Under the pieces are notes generated by a model. The model was not told the origin of the DNA. It ran no database searches and saw nothing but the letters and a program-made list of their open reading frames with translations. A program made the translations under genes and the position numbers. DNA of 63,151 nucleotides, filler included, from Sphacelaria rigidula (Eukaryota): the NCBI GenBank assembly GCA_964200075.2. It is 11 parts of 11 records of this genome, joined end to end, with 100 filler letters (N's around TTAATTAATTAA, not from the genome) between each part and the next. Parts side by side here need not be neighbours in the genome. Positions count along the whole stretch, not along the records: positions 11,503 to 17,153 come from CAXNAA020025560.1; positions 17,254 to 22,903 come from CAXNAA020025561.1; positions 23,004 to 28,653 come from CAXNAA020025562.1; 8 more parts are not named here. One strand, given 5' to 3'. How positions within the stretch are numbered: the stretch's first letter is position 1; each line of letters starts with the position of its first letter. Positions 12,103-24,093 of this stretch are shown here, one piece after another.

Positions 12103-12796
12103 CTGTGATGAAAAAAAAAACATTACACGTAAAAAATATACATCCAAGTAATTCCCCGAAAATAAGTCGTCCCGCAACACGCACGGAAGAATCATCCGGT
12201 AATATTATTTAAAATAAAGCACAACATCGAGAACCCAAGAGAAAGTTACCCCGCAAACACCACGTAGCACGGTGTGCGAGTTATTCCGAAAGTACGAAGT
12301 GATTCGCGGAAGCCCCGTTCCGTCCCCGCGAAAGCATCGCGGAAGAAGTAATTAATCGTCCCGCGAAAACCGATTAACCCGCAGAGTTGATATACCCCGA
12401 AGTTCAGGGCGCCCAGTGTGGAGTCATCGTCCCGCAATGTGGAGCATCCGGATAGGATAATCGCGCACCGCCGGCGAAGTGAAGGACATACGCGAGACAC
12501 AACAGTTCACGTCACGTGTTCGTGGGGACGGAAGGGAACGAAAGTGCAGGTTGGTGGACGAGCGACTTACATCTCTGTACAAGACTGCCATGTGGATGGT
12601 TATGTGCATGTCCATGTATTTGCGGGAAAACGGCAAGTTCTTCTGGAGGAAAATTGTGAGGGAAAACTCCAGAAGTGAAACGGCGAGCAAATCAAAGATC
12701 GTGGTCGGAGAAACGACACGCTGGGGAAAATCGGGCAAAACTATTGGCGTGACTTCTCGAATGTTTGCGTGTATATATCAATGCATACAAATCACC

Positions 12797-13140
12797 GTCA
12801 CCCCGGTGGCTTCGTTGGTAACCTCGAAACCTCCTGACGGTTGCGTCGTGGGTTCAAATCTCGGAGCGATCTGGGGTTTTTTCTCACACAGTACCCAACA
12901 GTGGAGAGCGACTCTGTCGTGGGTACACAAAATTCGACTCAATGGTCGACGAGGAAAAGGGACTGCTGAACCCCTCTCGCGACAAAGAACAATGGCAAGT
13001 ACCGCAGAAGGAAGGTGAGGAACTAAAAGCGATAAACAAAGAAAATCTCCTGTATTGGCCTTCCTTCTGCGTGATCCGGGTTGGTGCGCCCACATATACA
13101 CCGAAATTTGTAGACGGACGTCCAGAATAGATGGGACGAC
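12797..13140 (+). mobile_element. tRNA-derived SINE, family 1 (in DRG1 intron, antisense to the gene)
   Basis: A/B-box head, with body and 3' part colinear with 13689-14037. Confidence 0.82.
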
Positions 13141-13688
13141 AAAACACACACCACCAACTATGGGCATAAGAAAAACAACAACAACAACAACGGATGGTAG
13201 ACAAGCAGATACTAATGCTGTGCACTTGCCGCGAAAATAAACACACCAACTACGAAGCATCTCAGGCATGGAATACTCAGCCTTCCCAGCCTTCTCATCG
13301 TTCGCGCGCCTCTACCTGAAGCAAACACTGTGACTTGATCCTTTCACTGCCGGAGGTATGCACTTGTGGAATCGGCGATATGTTCAGTCATTTTTTCAAG
13401 GGGAAAAAAGTACCGATTCTACGACTGGCCCACCTGCGGCGCCCAAAGGGTCAAGCGGTGTATGTCTATTTCAAGCGCGGTATCAAGTCCAGTTTCAATC
13501 CTCGAAAAAATGCCAAATGAAAGCGAAAAACGACATAAAAACAGCCGAACACAAGTGGAGAAACAAATATATAACAAAAAAGGGATGAGAGATGGGCATG
13601 AAAAAATGTAATTTTGTGTGTGTGTGTGTGCGCGTGCGCATTGTTTACAAGAGGTAGACAACACACACGAAACACCCTCGACACGCTG

Positions 13689-14037
13689 GTCGCCCCGGTG
13701 GCTCAGTTGGTAACCTCGAAACCTTTTGACGGTTGGGTCGTGGGTTCACTTCTCGGAGCGACATGGGTTTTTTTCTCACACCATGCCCAACAGTGGAGAG
13801 CGACCATGTCGTGGGTACACAAATTCGACTCAACGGTCGATGAGGGAAAGGGACTGCTGCTGGACCCCTCTCGCGATAAAAAGTAAAAGGCAAGCACCGC
13901 AGAAGGAAGATATGGCATTGAAAAAGAAATAAAAAAAAGAAAAACTCCTGTATTGACCTTTGTCCTGTGTGATCCCGGCAGGTGCGCCCACATATACCGA
14001 AAGGTGTAGACCGGGGTCAATAATAGATGGGACGACA
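13689..14037 (+). mobile_element. tRNA-derived SINE, family 1 (in DRG1 intron)
   Basis: GCCCCGGTGGCTCAGTTGG ... GGTTCACTTCT head; ~350-bp colinear copy. Confidence 0.82.
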
Positions 14038-14099
14038 ACGCACACACACAAACCCTCTCAGCGGGCAACGGCAGCGGCACGCAAGAAACACCCACTCAC

Positions 14100-14231
14100 C
14101 TGGGGTACGACTTCCTGATAGTTGAGGCCACCTTTGTCCTTTTTTCGAAATACGATGTCCGGCGGCTTCTGGTTCAGTCGGATCCCGAATCCGTCAAGCT
14201 CCTTTTCGATCACCTTTTTATGGGTCATGCT
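14100..14231 (-). CDS. DRG1: DRG1 internal exon (upstream of 11938-12102)
   Basis: [44 protein letters not shown] is a DRG1-type segment. Polypyrimidine-tag acceptor and GTGAGT donor; joins the next exon in frame. Confidence 0.93.
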
Positions 14232-14597
14232 CTACATATCCAAATTGATGACAAGAAAAAAAAAAGCCGCGAGGGGGAAATAACGGAACACACGGACGAA
14301 ATTTTTGTACCACGAGTTGTCAGCCATTCGCGAAAAAATAAAACCGAACATGTTTATTTTCATCATCTATATGTATATATATATATATATACGGTCCGTT
14401 TTTACGGGAAAGCACACGAACATGCGGGGAGGATATTTGCTTGCTTGCTTGCGGGCGCACAATGAAAACGACGAAAAAAAAAAAAGGCTGTAAAGCTGCT
14501 GCAGAACGGCACGATGCGTCCGCGTAAGCAGAACAACATGGCACAAGGGGTGATATCCTTCTCAGCTACTCGCCTTTCCCCCCCCTGCCCCCCCACA

Positions 14598-14900
14598 TCC
14601 CATGAAGCAGCGTATCCCGTGGCTGTCTCTGGAAGTGGCGATGCCAGAAATGGAGCAACTGATTCGAGGGTACCATCTACATGCAAGATAATCAGTTGGC
14701 TTCGAGCCGGACGATCTTGGCAGGATGCAGCTCACCCCTCATGCGATTCGCCGCACACATCACGGCGCTTCGCGCTTGGTGATTGATTGCGAGCCTGGTC
14801 CGGTGAAAATCCGGTGTGCATCGTCCCGGCATTGTAGGGATGCAAGGTCAATGGTCTTATAACTTCCGCATGCAAGAGCATGATAACCCCCCCCCCCTCC
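14598..14900 (+). repeat. ~310-bp interspersed/tandem repeat unit ending in a C-run
   Basis: Colinear with 57041-57356 (CCCGTGGCTGTCTCTGGAAGTGGCGAT, CACATCACGGCGCTTCGCGCTT). Partial copies at 51755-51825 (-), 28754-28870, 34504-34560 and 11591-11655 (-). Confidence 0.8.
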
Positions 14901-15247
14901 CCTCCCGGACTTTGTGGTCTTACAGAAAAATTTAGACATCGGCAAAAAACGGCCATGGAAGCAAAATGAAGGCCTGCACAAGCTCCTGCATCAGCTTATA
15001 AGAGATATGTACAGAACAAAGACAACTGGTAGCGTGAACCGACATATTCTTACACCCCTCCCCTCTCTACAGGGTGCAACGCATTCAGATAGCTCCGAGA
15101 AGCAGCTGCCTCCCTGGCGAATATTACTGTTAACCACCACATAAGTTATACCTTTCTGACTCGCGGTCAACTTGTACCAATATCTGGAAAGCACTGTACA
15201 CCCATGCTCCGAGTCCGGGAACAAACTCTCAACACAATTTTGTTTCG

Positions 15248-15547
15248 ACCCCCTCGACAAAAGAATACACAGTCTAAAAGTGCACTGCGTACAGCATAGA
15301 CTATCTCGCCTATTGCAATACACGATAGATTCCGTACTGTACGCAGTACATTTTTCACAATATAATATGTTGTCATTATCCAGGGTGTTTCGATTCACAC
15401 CCTGGGAAATGACAAACAGATTACATTGTCGAAAAGTGTACTGCGTACAGTATCGACCATTCAGTCCATTGTGATGCAATAGACAACAGATTCCATACTG
15501 TACGCAGTACATCTTTTTCAACAACGTAATCTGTTGTCCAGGGTGTG
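15248..15547. repeat. Two tandem ~150-bp palindromic units
   Basis: Each unit has TG(C/T)ACTGCGTACAG ... CTGTACGCAGTACA. Unit 2 runs CACACCCTGG..CAGATTAC..AAAAG ... CTTTT..GTAATCTG..CCAGGGTGTG. Confidence 0.7.
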
Positions 15548-18500
15548 CTTTGTTTTTCGGGAGCATGATCACGCCTGCCAGCCTAATATCCTGGATTTAT
15601 AATATCCCCCCCGCCCCCCCCGGCGCGTGGTTAATGGTCACACGACGAAGGGAAGCAACAAATGAGTACCCCCCGCCCCCCGCCGCCCCTCGTTAAGGTG
15701 GATGGGCCTACACAACAATAATTGGGTGTCGTGCATGACGAAACAAAAAAAGCAGAGTAAGGCAAACCCCCCCCAGCATGACACATTTATGGGGGGTGAA
15801 TGAAGGCCTTACCGACCAAAAATCCGGTTCCCACAAAAAAAAAATGAATGCGGACGGATATGGAAGACGTATTGAAGACGTCATAGACTGGTCGGGCCTG
15901 TGCCGAACCCCTGCCGAACCTCTGCCGAAAATGACACATGCTCCATCTCAAGTTACCTAGGTTAAGTATGCGACATATGTTTTTTGTTTCATCGCAATTA
16001 TCTCGAGACAGGAAGCACAACGGCCTCTGGAACTTCACAGCCCGCAACACACACAGAACACCTATACAGCAGCGCAAGCAGATTTGCCCCATTCGCCACA
16101 CGGGATCCAAAAAGTCCCAGAACGTTGCAGGAAACGCGTTTTTCAGAACATTTTGTGTTTGGTGCAGCGGTTCTAAAGTGCTGGGCACGCGTATGGAAAT
16201 CTGTCGCCACACTGAACAGCTCCGGTGTACGGGAAGCGCACGCATCAAACCGCAGTCGAATCCTCTACCTGGTTGCCGAGAAAATAGAGTCGAAAAATCG
16301 GCAGTTGTGGGTTGAGGACCAGCAGCTTTTGCGGAGGTGAAAAATGGGAAATCTCAGAAGCACGGTGTTTCGGAGTATAAGGAAAGAACCGGTCAAGACT
16401 TAACCTGTGCCCTGGCGGCCGCGCGCAAGGTCAAGGCGGCGCCTCAACGCGCGGAGAAGGCTGAGAAAGAACTCAAGGCGGCCACTGAAAGGCTCAACGC
16501 GGTCACCGAAACGTTTGACGCGTCTGTTTCATGCCAGAGTGTTAGAGGTCCAACGCATAAGCTAAGCCGGTGCGCCCAATTCTTATTGCGGTCCTTTGGT
16601 CCTTTCACGGTCGGGAGACAGCAATGATGTTTTCGGTAACTGACTGTGAATACTAATAACAATATGTAGACAATGCAACATGGGACAAGCTTCGTTTTGA
16701 AGGAGGATGTGTATGTATCTTCCGTCCTGCCATGTGGTGCTGATTTCTTGTATGCGCTCATGTACAAGGGGCAATTCATTCTCCCAACATGAAGTACCAC
16801 GAACCATATAGTTCGCTCTGATCAAAATCGACTGTGCTGTGTCCACGCTGTCGAGCGCACAAGCCAGGGCCTCACGCGCGGTCTTTTCTGTGTTCGATGC
16901 ACTGCCTTTTATAGACCGAAGACAGCCATGACGTTGCTGTCACTACTGCCTGTGTGCATTAACAACAAGATAACACGAGGGAACTATGAGACTGGACAGG
17001 CGGGGTATTTGTGCATCGCCTCTGTACACCAACGACAATCGGAAAAAATGTGCTGTCTCCACTGCCCATGTAAATCGATAACAAGCTACTCTGTGTTGCT
17101 GTGCGAAGCAACTTCGCGTTACAACAGCAAGTACCCGTCACCTCTCGAATTGCNNNNNNNNNNNNNNNNNNNNNNNNNNNNNNNNNNNNNNNNNNNNTTA
17201 ATTAATTAANNNNNNNNNNNNNNNNNNNNNNNNNNNNNNNNNNNNNNNNNNNNACGTGTACGTCAAGACGGATCTACAAGTAGTGGCCAGGGATGGATTG
17301 AGAGAACCTAGCGGGAACTTGCCGAGCGACGACTCCGGTCTCAGCTCCGCCTTCCTGCGCACCCTTGCGCACGTGGAAGGACGTCACTCGGACCAGAACG
17401 ATAATGTCTGGAATTGGCGTGGTGCGATGCGCGAAAGAATTGTCATCGTCAATCTATGGCCCCTACTTTCTTTCCGTCCCTTCTTCTGCTTGTATGCCGT
17501 TCTTGCTTCTCTTCATTGAGGGCGTCCGTCTCTTCTGTCCCCTTCCCATTCCGTTCCAATGTGAGAGGGGATAGGAAAATTGGAAGTGTGATGCGAAGCA
17601 AAGCGATCTATCACAAATACCACTGAACTCAAGGGTCTGTCAAAATTTTATATCGGGACACGTCGGCCCCAAAGAAAAACAAGTTTTTGAGGGGGAGGGA
17701 AAGCACCCAGCCTGCTGTCCCCTACTTTATTGCCGAGGCGTTGGTGGATGCGGTTAGCTGCAGTGTACAGAGATTCTTGGCATGGAGACCGCTGAGATGC
17801 CGGACACACCGCTCCTCCAAGCTCATCACCTACCGTGATTGCATTGATGAGATCATGTTCCGTGTCGTGTGCCTCGACTACCTACCACTAGTAATCCGGG
17901 CAAATTTGGCGAGGCGTGAGATGATGTTGCTACTTTGCCTTGTAGCGAAATGATACTAAGCCGTACGTTTCAGTATAATCGCATGCATGATTGGAGTAGT
18001 GGCAAGGAACAGGGGATCCTGGATTGATGAGCCTTATCTGTTTGGCCCCTTGCTGTTTAGCTCTTGATGTGGTCTGTAGAGGATCGGTCCGCAATAATAC
18101 AAGCTCAGAGCCAGTTTATCCCGCAGACAGGAGACCAACTTGAAGCGCACAGCAGTGGGGGATGCTCCGTGAGCTGGAGGACGCACAAGTCAGGCAAGAT
18201 TCTCTCCGTGGAGTGTTTGAAGCATGGACGACATTGCTCAAGCGGCGGCAGCGCCGCTGGTGTTGGGTGAGCCACTAGAACCGCATAAGTATGGCGAAGT
18301 GTGGACAGAGGAGGCATTACGCGTTTTTTTCGCAGCATATCTTGAATACATACATCGTTTGAGTCTCGTTAATTCTCAAGGAGTTGTGAGGCATGAAAGG
18401 GTGAGCATAGGTCAACTCATTCCTACCTATATTCACCGGTGCTTCGAAGATATGTGGACCATCGGGCTATGACCCCCGATGAACTGCTTGATGCTGTGAA

Positions 18501-18576
18501 GCAGCATGCCGGGTATACTACAACCGGCGGGAAGCATGACGCTCGCGGGCTGCAGCAGACCTACGCAAAGTTCTTA

Positions 18577-19279
18577 CAGTGGGGGGCTCTCAGTAGTGCT
18601 GGTTGAATAGTGCCAACGATCTATATAATGCCGATAAAATCTCCGGGCACAGCCAGAGCTCGCAGTAGTGCCGCCCGGCTACTGACAGATGAACCTCAGT
18701 AGCGCCGGTTTGAACGGTTTTGTACTCTCAACAGTGCCGGTTCCGGACACACTCACGCACGCCTTACCCCCCACCAACCAAGCACCAGTAGGGGTACAGC
18801 AGGGTACGTGCTGGTGCAGTCCTTGCAACGTAGGGACACAACATGCCTTGTGCGGGAGGTGAACTGTGCCTGGTGTAAGCCACGACGCCAGAAGGCCGTC
18901 ATGACCATGGTTGCCAGGGGACATGTGGCGGGAGGCTCCGCGGTATTTGCGGCAGCATGTGTGGCGACAACGAAATGCACCGCATCTGCAGCAAATGCCT
19001 TAAAGAAAAGGACAAGCACACAAAGGTTTCATCCGAGGGTGCTGGATCGGGGCAGTCTACAAGCAAACGCGCGAAAACAGGGAGTGAAGGCGCGTCTCGC
19101 GCCCGGCACGCCATCAAGCAGAAGATGGAGGTCGTGAGGCTTGGGTTAGGGTTAGGGTTCAGGTATTCAGAGCCCTCAATTGCACCTGTTTTGGCACTTT
19201 TCAGAGTAGTGCCGGGCTCTCTGAGCAGTGCCGGTGTCCGTGGTGGGCACATACCGGCACTACTGAGAGCCCCCTACTG
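18577..19279 (+). mobile_element. Internally deleted pogo/Tc1-mariner-type DNA transposon inserted in gypsy gag
   Basis: TA|CAGTGGGGGGCTCTCAGTAGTGCTGG ... CCGGCACTACTGAGAGCCCCCTACTG|TA. Removing it restores gag LRKVL-IMPHSGG. Retains a Cys/His-rich 5' ORF from 18843. Confidence 0.85.
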
Positions 19280-22200
19280 TATTATGCCACACAGCGGTGG
19301 GAAATCTGTCAAGAGCCGTGCGATGATGGTTAGTTCAGCTATGGAAATGTTTTTCGCAGAAAACGTCACGGTGCAAGCCATGTACCATGCGGAGGACAGG
19401 CGTTGGTTGTCAGGCCCGGCCGAGTCGGTTTCCATAGCTTTGGTGGACGGGTACTCGCCACCGGAATTCAAGGGGTATGTTGGAAGTGTACTAACGTATG
19501 TTGACGGCTGGAAAGAGAACCCGACGGTGGTGTTCAAAATTATATTTGAAACGGTCAACCAGTGGAAGTTCATTGAAAGACATAGCCGGCGCGATTCTGC
19601 AACAAGTTCAAGTGGTATGTGTCGCAAACAGCAACAGAAACAGAAACAGCAGCTGTCTTCGCGAGCGACGTCCACTCGCGCATGTTACAACTGCGGCGAC
19701 ACCGGACATATGATCAAGGACTGCCCCAAGCCTCGCGCTCAAGGCGCTGCTCAGGGCAGTGTGCGAGATTCATCAGGACCTCAGGGTGGTCGTCACGGTG
19801 GACGGGGCCATGCCAATCAGGGACGCGAATGCGGTGGCCGCGGTAGCAAGCAATCGGCGACGGATGATGGTTCCTCCGCTGCTGTTTTTTCCACTACGCC
19901 ATCAGGTGGTGACTCTGGATCTTATGGCGCGTCCGTAGCGGGGCGGATAGTGTACGTGGGAAATGCAGATACTTCGGTGGGGAGTGCTGGAGCGAATAGC
20001 TAGCAACCCCTCGGCCAGGCAGGATCCGTGTCTGATGTATTCCCTATTGCTGCGACGGCTGTAATAGCGCCGTATGTATATTCGGAGACTTGGTCTGGTT
20101 GGACCGACGATTCGCAGCTATCGATATCAAGTGCTGGAGTGCAGCCCCGGCGTCAGGTGACTCTTGGGATAGAACAGGGTTCTTCGGCAGGCGTGGTACC
20201 TGTCGACCGCAAGGCCGAATGCTTACGGGCAGATCTTTCCTTGCCTGGTACTGTAGGTTCGTTCATGGCCTGCGTTATTCTGGATTCTGGGTCCACGCTT
20301 GCGTCGATCGGTGTGGGGTTGTTAGAGCAAATGTATTCGCAGTTTGGGGGCGCTCAGCTTCAGATTCCATTCGAAAATGAACCGCAAACGGCACAGATCG
20401 CCACGGGTGCTCCCGTGACGGTCACACACAAAACGGTGCCGACTGCTGTTAGCGTGCGTAGGCCGTGGGGGGCTGTGGAGCTGCAGCCCATTACTTTCGT
20501 GGTCATGCCCGGTAGGGACAACGTGGTATATGTATTATTGATCTATTGTGATCGTATCCATACGATCACTTCAGCGCACCAATGAGGAGGAGGCTGCTGC
20601 GGATGAAGCGGTGGAGCGCTTGGTCGATCGGGGGCCCGACATGTTTATGGACCCAGCGGAGGAAAGAGGTGCCAGAGAACGTGCACTTGAGGATAGTGTG
20701 CAACAGGCCGAGCAGAAGAGCCTGAGCGCCGATGACGCACGTTGTCTGCGCGATATTTCGGCTTGTCGCGTAGATACATTTCGTCGCGCGCTGCGTGCTG
20801 ATCCGCCAACGCGCGTGGAGCCAATGAAGGAGGCTATGAAGGCCGAGCCTCGCCGCTGCGATCCGGTGAAGACCGTGTGGCGTGCTTCATGCATCGCAGT
20901 TTTGGTGGCATTTGGTTGGTTGGATGGGAATGTTCAGGCTGTGTGGGCGAGTCCGGCGATGGCGGTGCCGAAGAGGGACACATTCCGTTTGGTCAGAGAC
21001 TATCAGGCGGTGAACACGCAAGTGGAACGGTCTCCGGGGGTGATGCCAAGCCAAGAAGACATGCGGGAGTTGCTGGGAGCCCAACAATATCGGTATGTCA
21101 TTGAACACATTCCTGGAGAGCACAAGTGTTAGGGAGATTTGTTGTCTCGCAGGGTGAAGGTTCCTGCCGTGCCTGTTCATTCTATTCTCGTGTACAGCCC
21201 GTGTGATGCCGATGATTCACTGCCCTCGTCAGATGTCATTCGTACCGCACAGAGCAGAACAGTCGGCGACGGTGTTCATTTTTATCTTACGACTTTCGGT
21301 CAAGCTGCTTTGACTAACGATGGTTTGTTTCGCGTGCGTGTTGGAAGTAGTGATGTTTTGTGAATTCCGTCGGATGATAAGCTCTACAAACCCGCTTGAT
21401 GGTGTGCGCTAACGTGCGGCCGGCTGGTCACCGTGGTGTGGCGCCGACTCTGTTTCGTTTGAAATAATACTGTGCATGGCCTCACATGGATTCTCACGTT
21501 CGCGAGTTCGTTCGCCAGTGTTTGCATTGTGTAGGCACTCGTGCTGGTGAGATTGTAGCTCGTCCGTATGACGATACTGTGCATGGTACTGCGCCAGGTG
21601 AAGTTGTTTACTTCGATTTTCTGCACGTCGGAAGTAGCGGACCTGAAGGTGCTAATGGTTTGCCTGAGGAGGATGGTTTCCGGTACGTTTTGGTTATCAT
21701 GGATGATTTGTCCAATTTCGTTTTGTTGGGGCCAATCGAGGCTTGCACCGCCGAGGTTACGGCTAAGCACTTGCTCCATTGGTGCAAGACTTTGGAGATG
21801 CCGCGTGTTTGGGTTAGTGATACCGCCACGCTCTTCAAGAATCGAGTGATCGCGCAGGTGAGCGGTGCGCTCAAGGTGCAACACTAATTTGCTGTTGCGT
21901 ATACCCCTTGGTCGAATGGTGCTTGTGAACGCATGGTGAAGAGGTTATCCGTGCGTTGGGGTCCATCTTGTCGGAACAGCCACGGCCGGTGTCTGAATGG
22001 GTTGATATTCTGCGAAGCGCTCAGTGGGCGTTGAATACTTCTTTTCGTGAACGCTACCGTAACACTCCGTATTGTGTGTTGTTTGGGTGCGCGCGGCGTA
22101 CAGCTGTTTCCGCGCTGGCTTCTGCCACTGGCGGCGAGTGAAACGTCGATGTCATGGATACTGATTCGTTGCGTGACAAGGTTTGAGGCGTGGTTGATGA

Positions 22201-22433
22201 GCAAGTGCAGTTTTGTAACGAAGTGCAAGCTGCTGTCGCGGTGTCTCGCGAAACCAAACGCAAGCTTGCTCAGGGCCAGGCTGTGTTGCCCAAGCTTGCA
22301 GTTGGCGATTTCGTATTGTACGCCCGTGTTCGTGGGCAAGGTGTGACGCTAAAGTTGATGTCCACGTGGACAGATCGGTGGCGAGTGGTCGTAGTCGATC
22401 ACGCTCACGTGTATTCGGTGCAAAACATTGTTT

Positions 22434-22670
22434 CAAGGGTCGGACAAATAATGAATCGTCTGGAAATTGCTTGGTTTCAGAATGATAAGTCGACTCGTGA
22501 CGAATCAATCCCTAGGCTCTTTTTCAGCGTTGCAACCCAGGTACACGCAGCNNNNNNTTGCGTGGATACCCCTTGGACCAGCGATCAACTTCTTTCTCCC
22601 TTTTGGGCAATCAGGTCGAAGAAATGGTGAATTTGGTGATTTTGAGTCGTCATGATTTGTCCTAACCGTG
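22434..22670. mobile_element. hAT-type MITE inserted in gypsy integrase C-terminus
   Basis: CA..TG termini; 21-bp imperfect TIR (CAAGGGTCGGACAAATAATGA / CACGGTTAGGACAAATCATGA); 8-bp TSD CATTGTTT/CATCGTTT. The integrase frame resumes after it. Confidence 0.85.
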
Positions 22671-24093
22671 CATCGTTTCTAGCGCCGTGCACTCGGCCCA
22701 TGTCGCTCGTTTACGTTTCTATGCTGACTCGCAGTTGCACATCACCGCGGAACTGAAAGATGTATTTTATCATTCGTATGCTCAAAGTGAATGTCGGATA
22801 AAGGCTTCGGTGCACGTCTCCGAGGATGACAATGAACAGTGTTTTCGTGAGATTGAGAGTGGATGATACGATTGAGAGTGGCTTTGACCATTCGCTTTAA
22901 GTGNNNNNNNNNNNNNNNNNNNNNNNNNNNNNNNNNNNNNNNNNNNNTTAATTAATTAANNNNNNNNNNNNNNNNNNNNNNNNNNNNNNNNNNNNNNNNN
23001 NNNGCTCCCAGGAAGATAAGAAACCCAGCCTCAGGCCGATTTTTCAGTTTCTTACAAGCGGGCCGATACTGTACTGCTTGTAATTTGAGATTGTGTCTGC
23101 GCATACCATGAACCCCGGGGTAGGTGATGATATTTTGGGTCATGGACCAATTTTCACGCACATACACAACAACAGTAGCTGCTAGGACCGACTTTCATAT
23201 GAGGTTGTATCCTGTTGTATATATCATGAACCCTTTGGCCCACAACGGGAGGTCATCTGAGACGCGGATACATTTTTTTCAAGGTCATGTGATGATGTCG
23301 ATTAAACAGATGATCTCCCCTGAAGCCGTCAAAGGGTTATCAACCACTAAAAAATTATGAAAAATAACTGTTGAAGTATTCCAACGGCAGTAGATTTCTC
23401 GGACTCGCGGTCAAACAGCCCCAACCGAGAAGCTAACAACTTCTAACAAGATATATGAAGCAAACAGCTTCATCTGAGCACCCCTCCATCCCCATTTATG
23501 CGGTAGCTTGCAACAGCTGCAACTGCTGCAACAGAAAGAACACAGGGGATTGGTAAAATAGTATGCATTATGTGTGACGTTGTATAACACCCTCAAGGCG
23601 AGAAGCTTCAATCTCAACGTCAACTTTTTCGACAAGTACAGAGGTAATGACACTGAAATCAACACAGATTGTGGAGGAAGTTCCGCCAAGTGTAATGGTT
23701 GGAATATTTCGGAAACAAATACTACTGTAGGCTCTTCTTTGCGCTCTCCAGAAAATCGGCTGAAAAAATCATGATTAGCCCTGGTGATATCGCTCTCTCA
23801 GATCCGCGGTCGTGATTTCACAAATTGTAAACACGTCTTGGCATAAAGCACTAATTCGCGATATCGTACCAAGAGGAGCACACAACAATAAAAAAGCATC
23901 GGGATGAATCTCTGTTGTAGGGATAACACATCTTATAGTGCAGAGAAATAGGTAAAGAATGCTACGCAAACCCATCGATGGAACATGGTAATACATGCGA
24001 ACGCAGTGTTGGCACACAGACATTGCACGGCACATCAAACATAACCCGCGCCATCTCCAACCGTAAACCTCTACGCCAACAACTCCTGCAACA

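Larger units (their letters stand above)
18000..22903 (+). mobile_element. Decayed Ty3/gypsy element (gag-CCHC, protease, deleted RT/RNase H, integrase) carrying two nested DNA transposons
   Basis: Gag from 18224; CYNCGDTGHMIKDC knuckle; protease ILDSGS; RT start WASPAMAVPK..DYQAVN; integrase GHRG..CLHC, FDFLH..DDLS..VSD..TPWSNGACERM; C-terminal HVARLRFY. Homologous to the 46870-49520 element. Confidence 0.93.

Noticed and set aside
18957..20003. 348-aa ORF as a novel zinc-finger fusion protein
   Set aside because: It is a chance in-frame read-through from the inserted pogo derivative (including telomere-repeat-encoded LGLGLG and the TIR) into gypsy gag.
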